Part shown: positions 24,782-36,771 of the stretch, in pieces | How positions within the stretch are numbered: position 1 is the first letter of the stretch | Layout of the letters: each line of letters opens with the position of its first letter | The notes under the pieces: model-generated | What the model was told of the DNA's origin: nothing | Databases searched by the model: none | What the model saw: only the letters and a program-made list of their open reading frames with translations | NCBI GenBank assembly: GCA_904063045.1 | Contig: CAJFCJ010000003.1 | Location: 2,342,504 to 2,406,503 of the forward strand | Origin: Dimorphilus gyrociliatus | Lineage: Eukaryota > Animalia > Annelida | Length of the DNA stretch: 64,000 bases | Reading direction: 5' to 3' | Program-made: the position numbers and the translations under genes

Positions 24782-27666
24782 CTATTAGAGCTTTGTTGTC
24801 ATGATTACTATTTAAGATGGGAAAATATTAAGGAATGACGAGAAAACTTTACCTGTTTGCACTTGTGTGTTTGTTTTTGTTTAGAATCCCATTAAAAAAA
24901 TGGCTGATAGATAACGAACGAGGCGTCATTTTTTTATACTAAAAAAATGATGAGCACTATTTCTTCTTTTTTAATAATTAAAAACAAAACAATGATAAAA
25001 GTAATATATCTTTGAGAGAGACGCTTCAGAACGTCTATTAGCTAAAGAGCAAAAATGTACAGTGAGATTTCTTTTTTTGACGATTACTGCATACTTTTTG
25101 CATCCTAAAAGATCTTTAAAAAAAAAAGAGAGATATATTTTAGATTTAACAATATAATGCCATGTTTTACATTTTTCATGTGTTGTAAATAGGTTGATGC
25201 ACTTTCAACTAATACAATTATATTAAAATTATGAAAAAAGCAAAATATCGTTATTTGTTTAACAACATAATTCCATTAAAGAAAACTCTCAAACACAGAG
25301 GGAAAAATCTAAGAATAATCTAGATTTTAATTTATAATTGAATTTAAACTATTTCTCACTCGAAAGTATCACGCATATAGCCTCAAAAGTTTAATTAATA
25401 AACTATCAACAGGAAATGTATTCTATTTTTATATTGAAACGTATTATAAATTGAGCTAAATGAAGGGCTGCTTTTCTTTTTCTTTGTTTGAAAGTAAGCA
25501 AGTATACATATATATACTTCAACTATAGTCACAAGTTAAAAACAGTGTATAATTTATAATGGATAGATTGATTAGATTGATAGATCGTTTTTCTTCTTTT
25601 TCTTTTTTTTCTTCTCCGTATCCTCTAGACCTTTTCCATATGTTTATATGTAATATTGGAAGAAATATGGCAAACATCTTCATCCTTTACCCTCTTTCTA
25701 TATTTTTTTTATTTCCTTGTAAAAATCTTTCAGCTAAAACTTAAAACTTTTTGCAAGTTTTTCGCCAAAAATTTTAATTCATTCCGAACCTATCATTTAT
25801 CCTTCCAACTTCCGGTTTCTTGATATTTTAATATCTAATTTTTTATTCTATTACCAAGTTCTTTGTTTATTTAATGATTTTTTAGCATATATTTTTAGAA
25901 AGTATTCAGATTATCATAACAATTCCTTGATTGTAAAGAAAACATTAAATACTATAATATAAACGTAGAAAAGTAAACATATATTACATATGCTAACCAT
26001 ATAAAACTTTTTAAAATAAGTCTTCTGAATTAAAAAAGATGAAATATAATATAACTTTTGTATTTAAATCTTAGCAATAAGACTATTTTTTCAAGTATTA
26101 TAAATCGAACAATTTAATTACTAAAAGTAGGAAAGAAAATCCTATTAGTAAATTACGAATTCATCAAAACTAAAAGGAGTGAAGGCGTCATTAGTTGTCA
26201 ATATAAAAAATTGAAGGAATAGGCTTAAAGATTGATGAATTTATCTTGACTCCTATCTGACATGTCTGTACTAGGTAAACAATTCATTAATAAAAGAGTC
26301 TAAAGGGTTTTTTCAATGTAATAATTCTGTATACCTGGCGTTAACTCTGTCTCTTTTTAAAACATATTTATATATTTATAGCTAAAGAATACTAGGCTTA
26401 ATTTTATATTCAGGGACAATACAAGTTATGCTTAAACAATGACATGTGTATTTGATCGAGACGAGGGGTGGGGGAGTTCTTTTTAAAGGATGCATTATAA
26501 TAAACAAATGAGAAAAATGTGTAGGTGGTTGAGAGATGCTTCCTTACGTATTAATGACATGGTATCTGTCCTCATTGAGAGCTCTATCTCACCTAAATCG
26601 AACAGACTAACTGCTGTGAGAAGACAGAAAATCGAAAGAGAGGTCTAAATATTCCCTTCCTGAGAAGAATTCAATGCATTTATCTTCTATAGTAAATATT
26701 CTATATTTATCCTTATCGTTTCCCCTTCTTCCTTTCGAGTATCCTGTAATCGAATAAGGTAGAGATAATTAGTTATCTATCCAATTTAAGTATTTTAACA
26801 AGGTGTAACATGTCTTCTATCGGAAAAGAAATAAAGAAATACAATACATTCAGTTAAGTTTTTCTAGTAATTAACAAAGGAGAAGAGCGTGAAAACATTA
26901 AAAATTTTGACGCATTTCCAAGAAAGGCGGAATTAGATGGGAGTGGAAAAATAACATTCGACTATATTTATTGAAGAGAATCTTCTTAAAAATGTTGTCT
27001 TTATTTTAATCTCAATAAACATCTCTTTCAATGGGGAAAATCGTATCTTTTAAGTGGTAAAGATGTTGACCAGAAAAGGTGTAGGTGTCTGTACGCACAT
27101 TTAAGGAAACAATAAAAAAATTACATATTTGCTGCGAATGTTTGGCAATATTTCGGTGATGAAAAGAGCGTTTGGTTCACCTCTGTATTCTATTTATAGT
27201 ATGAATAAATAAAATGACCTAATTAGACATGAGAAAGCCATAATATACATGAAATTTGTATTATTTTCATCCATTATCATTAATTGACGTTATTCTGTAT
27301 AATTTTATATCGAGCAAGGTTTTAAAGCCTTTTTATAAGGTTGGAAAATAAACGGTAAATAAGTGAAAGTCCGATAGATGGCGTAAAGTTCAAAATAAAA
27401 CAATTTTTATTTTAATTCTAATGATTCGAGCCATTTTATTTAATAATACACTTTTCTATAATTCTCTGCAATTGAACTATAAAATAGTGAAGCCTTACCT
27501 GAATACATAAACATTCAGACAAAGTTCGTACATAGAGAGCACAACAATAACGGTACAGAATGAAATAGAAGAGCAGAATGAAGTAGTAAAACAGTTGAAA
27601 GTATTGCTATAGAAATATTTGCTAATAAGGGAATGCAGAAGATATTCATATTTAAATAAGTTTCGA

Positions 27667-30361
27667 CTAGCAATTCGGCAGTTGCAAAGCCTGATCGTCC
27701 TCTAGAAGGCCGATTAATTTTGTAGGAATTTCATAGTCATTTTCTGCTTGTCTTGCCATTTCAGCCGATGCAATCAACTTCTTTATTCCAATCCATAACT
27801 TTCTTCCAGCTGTTTTCTGATGGAACTCTTGGCATTGTTTGTCGTCAAACAAGTTCATTTCTTTTAGGGCCTTAACAGCCTGTTCAGACCGTGATAGATT
27901 GGAGACATGTATTATCGCTGTAAAGCTGTTCAAAATATCCAGCTCGTGTAGCAACTCTCTTCTTGAGGATGTGGCGAGAACAAATAGCCTGTGACCCGGT
28001 GGTGGAGGTCTCTTGATCAAAACCATTACACCTTGGAGAACAGTATTGGAATATCTCTGTCCCAGTGGCGAATAGTCGATTAATCGTTCGATATCATCCA
28101 ACACAATTATACTTAGAGGAGACCTAATTGCATCGTCAAACACTCGTTTAATATGATGAACTTTGGCTGGTTCGTTATAACCGACCACATCAGACGGTGC
28201 AAGAACTTTAACAAAAGGAAAGCCAGCATTTTTAGCGATATGTGCAGCTAACGCAGTCTTGCCACTACTTGGCGGGCCTTCTAACAGAGCTGAAACGAGG
28301 GGTGTTCTATCTGAGAATTTTGCTTGTCTCATTAACATTTGACAATCCTCCAATGCCCTTGCGACTGGTGATCCCCAATTAACAATTCCGTTTGTAAGTA
28401 ATCCTTCCAATGCATCAGCTGCCCTACCAAAGGCAGGTTTACAATCATTGCTTAAAGCATTGTCAAAATCGGATTTGTAAACTTGCAACTTTTCACTCGC
28501 ATCCGTATCAACATGAACTCCTCCTTTGGTCTGAATCAGTCTATTCATGGCAGTAGCCGTAGCGGTTCTAACTAAACCTTCTATTTCTGCTCCTGAAAAA
28601 TTCTCAGTTCTACTTGCTAAATCTTTTAAATCTACGTCTTTGCCCAGCTTTTCGTTTTCTTTTAGTTTTGCTGTATGAATTCTAAGAATATGCTGACGAC
28701 CAGATTCATCCGGTAGGCCTATTTCACAATGCACTTCCAACCTTCCAGGCCGAAGAAGAGCATCATCTATCATATCTTTTCTGTTTGTCATTCCTATTAC
28801 CAGGACATTATTCAATTGATCTACGCCATCCAATTTTGACAGCAATTGATTTACAACCGTATCGTGAACAGGAGTTCCTCCAGCCATACTGCCTCTTTGT
28901 TTGCATATTGCATCGATTTCATCAAAAATGATGATATGTAATCCAGAATTTGGGCCTAATCTCTTTTCCTCCTCATCAGCTTCCGCAAACAATTTGCGTA
29001 TATTTGCTTCGCTCTCACCAACAAATTTATCCAGAATTTGCGGGCCATTAACAATCTTTGGAGGTCTTGCATTAAGCATTTGGCCAATTTGTCTTGCAAG
29101 GAGAGTTTTACCAGTACCTGGTGGACCGTGGAGTAAAATACCTCTGACGTGTTTCATTCCCAACTGTTCAATTATATCTGGAGGGAAGACTCGGGAGGCA
29201 AACGCTCTTCGAAAAATAGCCGAAAACTCATTGTCTAAACCACCAATTCCCATTTTATCGAAATCCCAATCGGGATTTATAACAGAAGTTTGAATTACTC
29301 CTTTTCCCTTAGATTTTCCAGTGAGATTTAGACTAGATCCTTCACCTCTTTCAAACGTACAACCAGCATTCGCATTCATTATACCAATATTTGATTCCTT
29401 CGTTGACTTAGAATCCAATGATGATAGAAGAATAGATTTTACGTTGAGCAGGAGCTTCTTCGATGAATTAGGTATAATCATAACCAGCGGCTCGTTTCTC
29501 ATTAATACAACTCCAGCGCATAACTGTTGAAATTCCCTTGCCAATGCATCACTATCAACCCTCGTTGTGTCTTGGGTTTTTCCTATATATTCGGCATCAA
29601 GAACAACTTGACAAACCATCCGTTGTTCGGAAGACGGGGAAAAGTTTGTAACCTACAAAGGTGAAAGTATTGATTATCAGTATAATAACGAAAGAGAAGA
29701 AAGGAGGGAAAACATTCACTATGAATTAATAATATTGAACTTCATTATAATTAACTCAACGTAAAGTTCTCATTGACATATAATACATCTATTTAATGTT
29801 GTCGACATATTATTGGTGTTCCCTTTTGAGCTACTCTATAAATATCTTTAGAAAGGATTAGCAATGCGTAATATGCCTACAAATGTAGCTTCCACATCTG
29901 ATCCCTTGAGATCCAAAATCGATACACGGGAAAGCCTTATAGAAAGGCATACTATTACTCTTTTATTTTTATGATAATTTCTCAATAGGCCAATTTCTAG
30001 TTAAATAAAATTGTTGTTTCCTCCTCTTACCCGGAAAGATAGCAATTGATGAAATTATTGAAAATCTAATTACCCGCACTTGTTCGCCAACTGTAACATA
30101 AGCCCATTTTCTCTGAGGTCCGCTTAATGCAATTGTACCTCTTGGCATTCTCGTTTCTCTTACGAGAGAAAAACAAAAATCTCCAGCGCTCGTCTTCATA
30201 AAAATGTGCTTTACATTTTCATCCAAATCTTGAGGATGGACTCCAACCCTATTGCTATAACTCATTTCGTCCGTTAAGGACTTTGCTATCTTCATCTATT
30301 AAAAATAATATAAAAATTATAATAATCTTTTTAAACTACAAGTTTTACTTACAGTCGTCAT
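27667..30361 (-). CDS. NSF: Vesicle-fusing ATPase NSF (3 exons)
   Basis: MTT|MKIAKSLTDEMSYSNRV... N domain; D1 Walker A GPPGTGKT, Walker B IIIFDEIDAICKQRGS, MTNRKDMIDDALLRPGRLEV; D2 GPPSSGKT and IIVLDDIERLIDY. Confidence 0.97.
29797..29951 (-). ncRNA. Candidate intronic box H/ACA sno/scaRNA in NSF intron 2
   Basis: Two hairpins (first closed by UAUGCCU/AGGCAUA-type pairing), H box AUAUUA (29869-29874), ACA triplet (29800-29802), about 155 nt, inside a ~420 bp intron where most introns are 50-100 bp. Folded by eye only. Confidence 0.55.
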
Positions 30362-31515
30362 ATTTCGATCCTATTTCCTTTCTCAATTGTCTACTTCACA
30401 TTAGCATAGACTATGCAACCGAAACGCCCAGTAACTAAATGAATGGCGAAATGATTAAATACTATCGTGTTATTTTACACGTTGGCAATCTGAACTAGTC
30501 AGTATTATGCAATACCATAATATTCTACGAATCAATTCAGTCAGACTACCTAGGTTTAAACAGAATTTCCATAGACGTCAACTGCGATACATGAATTATG
30601 TATAAGGACGATGATTGGTTACCTTTCTTATTATCGTGGAAAAGCGGAAAGGGTTTACGCCATCTCGTGATAGTATTACGTAAACCAAAATATGAAACAA
30701 ATGCCTCTGTAAATAGTTAAATCTCTCTATTGGACTTCATAAAGTAGGCTATTGATGATTCAACAATATATTCCGCCATTTTGAAAAGCTAAATTTTACA
30801 ATATCTACTATTTTCATCTATATCGCGAAATTATAGAAGCACATTTTTAATATTTTCAGATTAAATCGAACAACTTAGTTGTTTTAAAATGCATGCTATT
30901 TTATTATTATCGACTGTTCTTAATATCTTCTTCACAGAAATTCATGTAAATTTCTATATAGAAAAGAAAATGTAAGGATAAAGAGTTATACTTTTATTTT
31001 TATATATAATATATTTATTAATATTATACAATTAACATGAAATAAAATTAAAAAGTACCAAGTGCCTACAAAAACCTTATCCATTACAAATATGTCTAAT
31101 AGTTAGTTACCTAGATATTGATGTAGATATGTTGCACGAAAAACTGATGATTTCAAATGAAAAGCCCAAGAGATTTATTTGTCTTTAATATCATAATTAC
31201 TCAACAAACTAATTTTTAACATAGTTCATAGTCTTATATATTTAATATAATTGTTGACGAAAACAGTTCCAACTCAGATTCAACGAACAGTATCTCTGTT
31301 TAATTATACGGTTAATTCTAGTAAATTCTAGCTAAATATACAAAATAGTCTCGAATACACGTCGTTTTTGAAAGCAAATGACTTATTGTTATCGATTTTA
31401 AGTGGATAATTAGTCTTCTCTGAATTTTTTAAAATTATTACCAACAAAATTTTGAAAAATAACATTTTTTCGGGCAAGACTTTTTTTTCGTCGCGGGAAA
31501 TAATTAAAAACAACA

Positions 31516-33279
31516 ATGTCTGACACTTGGAATGCTCTTCAAGCCGCAAAAAACAAAAATAAAAATATAAAAGAGCTGATGCGCAATAGAAAATGGGTAC
31601 AAAACAATATAGTTGATACAAAAGAGCCAGTGGCGAAACCCAACCTACTAAACCAACAACCAACAAAGTCGCAAGAAATATCTCCTGAAAATTTGCAATC
31701 ATTTGAGAAAAAACTCTTTACTATTTTAACGGATGTTAATTTGGACTTTCCTGCTCCATTACGATCAATTGAAAAGAGTATGAACGAAAACGGAGAAAAA
31801 ATAGCTTTAAATGTAATCAAAGAACTACTTTTCAAATTCTCTGCTCAAAAATTTATCAAGATAAAAGAAGGAGAAAACGAGGATATTACTGTTGAGAGTG
31901 TAGACTTTGTAAAGATTACAGCTTTCTATCACGGCACAGTTCCTAAGAGAAAGAGAGAAGAAGATGAGTTTGAAAGTGAGAAGAAAGCAGCTAAAGTGTC
32001 CAAAATGGATTCAGCGAAAGACTTAGAGGTAATTCATTTAAAATGATAATTTACTTTTTTAACCGCTACAATTTATATAATCTCTCCAGAGTCTCCTATC
32101 ATCTCGAACCACTAAAGAGAGAGAAAATATGAAACCAATTGAAGAAATTCGCAAATTGTTAGAAGCTCCAACAGCTAAAGAACTATCTATGCAAGAAAAA
32201 TTTCAGTCCAAGGGTGGTCACTTAAAAGAATTCTGCGCACACGGAACTAGAGAAGAATGTAAACAGATCAGCGGAAGTAAGACTGCATGTGGAAAATTAC
32301 ATTTCAAGAAGCTGATTCACAAGCATACCGATCGTAAGCATTTCATTCATTTAACTCTGTACAGCATGTACAATGTATATAATAATATTACATTTTACTA
32401 TACGTACAGTCTATCACTATTATTTATTAGTCCATTGTAAATTGATAATTAATAATGTATTATTTTATTAAAGCTTCTCTCGGAGATTGCTCTTTCTTAA
32501 ATACCTGCTTTCATATGGATACTTGTAAATATGTTCATTACACTATCGAATACTCCGACGAACCTAAGAGCAAATCATCTTGCTCTGCAATCTCCAAGTT
32601 TGACAAACAAAATACGACTCGTCTCTTTGCACCCCAATGGGTTCAATGTGATATCAGAGCGTTAGATATGAAAGTCCTTGGTAAATTTGCTGTGATCATG
32701 GCTGACCCTCCGTGGGATATTCATATGGAGTTGCCATATGGAACAATGAGCGATGAAGAAATGAGAACTTTAGATGTACCAACCCTCCAAGATGACGGAT
32801 ATATATTTTTATGGGTTACTGGTAGAGCTATGGAATTGGGAAGGGAATGTCTCAAAGTTTGGGGCTATGAGAGATGTGATGAACTTATTTGGGTTAAAAC
32901 AAATCAATTACAACGGATAATTCGAACAGGAAGAACTGGGCATTGGCTAAACCATGGAAAAGAGCACTGTCTCGTTGGTGTAAAGGGCTTTCCTACTAAT
33001 TTTAACAAGGGCCTAGATTGCGACGTTATTGTAGCGGAAGTTAGAGAAACGTCTCACAAACCCGATGAAATTTATGGCATTATCGAAAGACTATCTCCGG
33101 GTGCCAGAAAGATCGAATTATTTGGTCGAATGCATAACGTTCAACCAAATTGGATTACACTGGGAAATCAATTGGATGGAGTTAAACTATTAGAACCAGA
33201 CTGCGTTAAGAGGTTTAAGCAGAGATATCCTGATGAAAACGCTATGAAACCTCCTACCGGACCGGAAATAGTTGATTGA
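31516..33279 (+). CDS. METTL3: m6A methyltransferase catalytic subunit METTL3 (3 exons)
   Basis: MSDTWNALQA N-terminus, two CCCH fingers (FCAHGTREEC...KLH; CSFLNTCFHMDTCKYVH), MT-A70 domain with catalytic DPPW, GRTGHWLNHGKEHCLVG. Confidence 0.97.
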
Positions 33280-33538
33280 TTATTTAAACTTCCCAGCTTT
33301 CGAAGTAGGAAATACATTTTAAAGAACACTTGCCGACATATCAGCACTTAAAACGCTAACGATTGAAAAGTATCTTAATGAAAAGATTCCCATCATTTTC
33401 TATGCAACATGTATACCAATGCGAACCCTTGGAATAAAAGATCAAATCCACAGACTATAAAAAACCTGTGTCTGTGGGTGATGCCCTTATATAGATTTAC
33501 AGTAAATATATGTGATATACCGTTTGGTATATATGTTC

Positions 33539-33544
<6 letters not shown>

Positions 33545-33570
<26 letters not shown>
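33545..33570. repeat. (AT)n microsatellite
   Basis: TA run in the METTL3 3' region. Confidence 0.9.
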
Positions 33571-33575
<5 letters not shown>

Positions 33576-34092
33576 ATATATATATTTTCCTATAATTCTT
33601 ATTGTTATTGTCTATTTTTCTCGATTATTTTTTCACTCTTTTAATCAATCTTTTATCTAATTAAGACTTTAAACAAAAGACCTTAAAAATATAGTGAAAA
33701 TTTATTCATATATTTTTTGTATATATCTATTTTTTTTTATGACTGAAGAAGCTATTAGTTGATAACAATGTATAACTACGCTGTATTTATATTCTCAATA
33801 GACTGAATTTTTACATTTCGTGACAATTTCACCTAATTTCATGAATTTCAACTAAAAAAATATCACGAAAGATGGCGTGTTGAACAGCAGTTGTAGCCTA
33901 AACAATAGCAGACATTCGACGAAAGACACCCAACTGTTTTTATAATGGAATATGCTTTTTTTACCTTTTTAATTTACTACAATAAACTTTAAAAAACGAT
34001 TTTTTCACTGACATAAAAGTAGAGAAATATGTTGAAACTTATTATTTAGAAAGATTTTACGACTACAAGTCTTATCTAAATAAGACAACAAT

Positions 34093-34778
34093 ATGAATAG
34101 AATATTACTACTATTTCACGTTTTCGTTCTTTTCCTAATCTTCCTTAGTACAAGAATAGAGGCAGGGTAATTGAGGGAGAATTATTTTGAAATCTTATTT
34201 TTATTATATCGTATAAAGTTATCATTATTAATTTTCTTTTAGGAAATTAGACCAAAACAGACCTTCAGGCTCCAACAAAAATGTATACGATGAAATCATG
34301 TAAGAGAATCATTGATCAACTTGTAGACCTGATTTAATTATCCTTTTTCATTTTCCACAGAGAGGAGAGGAATGAAATAATGGATTACAGATTTTGGGAT
34401 ACAACTGGAATTAGGACAAAACTTATGGGTAAATAATGTAATAAAATTTCAGTATAACGATTATATATATTCTTAAATTTACAATAGCATTAAGAACTGC
34501 TGCAACTTGGGTTCAGTCAGATGGAGCAAGTCTATTTTGCGAAAATGAAAGCAGCATGTTTCGACCCGAAGAAGTGTCCGTCAAACCCGTTTATAGATTA
34601 ACCGGAAAGGATAAAAAGAAATGTAAAGGATCCAAATGTTATGGTACTATTGGTTCTAAAATAGCAGGCAAGCTCCATTTGATCGAAATCATTAATCAAT
34701 TTAAGAAAGCGACAATACTGTAATATTTTCTTTATTTCAGCAATGAAACAGCCTAGTTGGCACGGCCTTGGACGCTAA
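34093..34778 (+). CDS. Small secreted protein, candidate amidated neuropeptide precursor (5 exons)
   Basis: Exons 34093-34166, 34243-34299, 34361-34428, 34488-34622 or 34643, and 34741-34778 are phase-compatible. Signal peptide MNRILLLFHVFVLFLIFLSTRIEA; C-terminus KDKKK-(S or CKGSKCYA)-MKQPSWHGL-G-R-stop. Confidence 0.65.
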
Positions 34779-35194
34779 TAAAGCAGGAAAACAATAGTAA
34801 TAAAGTCTAGTCAAACTTTGGCCTTTCGAATTAAATTAGTAAGCTTGCAATGTTTACAACTCTTCTATTCGTCATTTATCTCTTATCTAAAAATGTAATA
34901 TATCAATATAAATACATTCTTAATATAATATTGAAAATAGAAAACAGCAATAATAAATGTAAGAATGTTATTATTATTATTATTATTATGAAATAATGAT
35001 TTATTCTATAATCACTGTTGGCTTACAGAACTATAGAAAAAATAACAGATATTTTCAAGAAACTATTAATACGTTCATTATAATTATTAATTAAAAAAAA
35101 AGTCATATGTATATTATATAAGAAAAGAAACATGATGGAATTTAGATCTTACTCCACAAATTAGTAATACTCAATTATCTTTGTCTTTTTATTA

Positions 35195-36299
35195 TTATTT
35201 CCGTCTGTACTTGGTAGTACCACAAGCTCCGACTGAGACTTCTTCGTCGTCATCGATTGAACAGTTAGCCAATTCTGAGGTTAATTTTAGGTTTTCTACT
35301 TGTTTATTGCTTCCATTCGGAACATCTTCGCAAAGCAGTATAGTTAGAGTTTCTTCTAGGATTTTTGCCTCGGGGCATTCAACTTTTGTATGTTTCTTAT
35401 CAGTTCCATAAACAATTGACGTACAACAAACCTCAGCATGCTTTTTACCGTGACCGTAAAAATACCAAGTACAAATTTCATTTGTATCACTTGGATTACT
35501 ATTAATGTCCTTTAAAGATTAAAAAGAGTTAAGAGTTAACTATTTTTCATCAGATTAAAAAGAATTTAATAGAACACTATATACCTTAATAAAGAGAATT
35601 CGATGGTGAAATTTCACCGCAAGTTTGTCAAACATTTCTAAGTTTCTCAACAGATTATCATCAGAATTTGCAGTATAACTAAATTTATTGTTATGTCTAT
35701 TAATCAACAATTTTATGACCGGCTTTCGGCTCTTAGCAATCATAGCTTGATCTTCTCCATTGCTAACAACAGGAATATGACAAACACTTTCCGTCCTCAT
35801 TTGACTTCTTTCTTGTATCTTCTCTTCGATCATATCGCATAAACCAGTAATCAAATAATATCTGCAATGTGTACATATATATCTTAGACATACTGGCAAA
35901 AAAATGAGCATGAATAAATAAGACAAATAGGGCGTATCAGCTTCTTCCTATTATTATTCATTGATAAGTTGATCCTACATAGGTGTCTTATAATTGTTGA
36001 TACTAAAAAAGGACTCACTTCGCTTCAGCTAAAAGCTCTTTCAATTCACGTAGTGAGTTTGGCAGTTGGCAGTCATTATCCCTTAAATAATTTAAAATCA
36101 CATCGAAATGTTTTCCACTCCGGTCAATCAAAACCCATCCTTCACTATCCGTTGTAACTCCTAAACGACCAGAAAACATAGCTTTCAACATATTATTTTC
36201 TTGTTTACATAATGTCGATATTGTCGTGTAGTGTAATGTTCCCCCAACATTCAATTTGACATATTTTGACATTTCTGACTGAGTTATTTGTTCGGACAT
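35195..36299 (-). CDS. KCTD10: BTB/POZ protein KCTD10/KCTD13/TNFAIP1 (BACURD) family (3 exons)
   Basis: [18 protein letters not shown]...[18 protein letters not shown] (T1-type BTB); family C-terminal motifs [49 protein letters not shown]. Confidence 0.9.
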
Positions 36300-36747
36300 C
36301 ACTGCCTTTCGGGAGGAAAAATTAAAAAAAAAAATAAGTAGACAGCGGAACGGTTATAATGAATCGAACGAACTTCTTTTCGCAATGTTACGCTGAATGA
36401 TAATTAACAAGAGACTTTTGACATTCGATTCTTAATGAAAATGATTTGTAAATTTATATAAATTTACTACTTAAATTATTTTATTAATCGATTATTTATT
36501 TTGTTTTAATTCGTATTTTTCCAACGGAACTATTTTTAGTAAATATATTACACGAAAGATGGCATAGTAAACTTTGTTTGCATAAAACTCTTTTTTGTAT
36601 GAATATACAATTAAGCAATTAGGAGTTTACATTATGTAACTATATTGGCACGGTTATTACTTAAAAGTATATCAGACTACTTAAAATATAAAAAAAATGA
36701 ATTTATTTATTTAATTGACTACGCCATCTCATGTTAATAAAAGTATT

Positions 36748-36757
36748 GTCATGTGAC
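36748..36757. promoter_or_regulatory. M-box/CLEAR-like element GTCATGTGAC
   Basis: Lies 15 bp upstream of the CI-MPR ATG, in the divergent KCTD10/IGF2R promoter. Confidence 0.45.
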
Positions 36758-36771
36758 AGTATCACAATAAT

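Noticed and set aside
28901-29530. Plus-strand ORFs here, and similar ones at 6644, 7053, 31328, 51701 and 52179
   Set aside because: Antisense shadows of NSF, MFSD10, METTL3 and LIG3.
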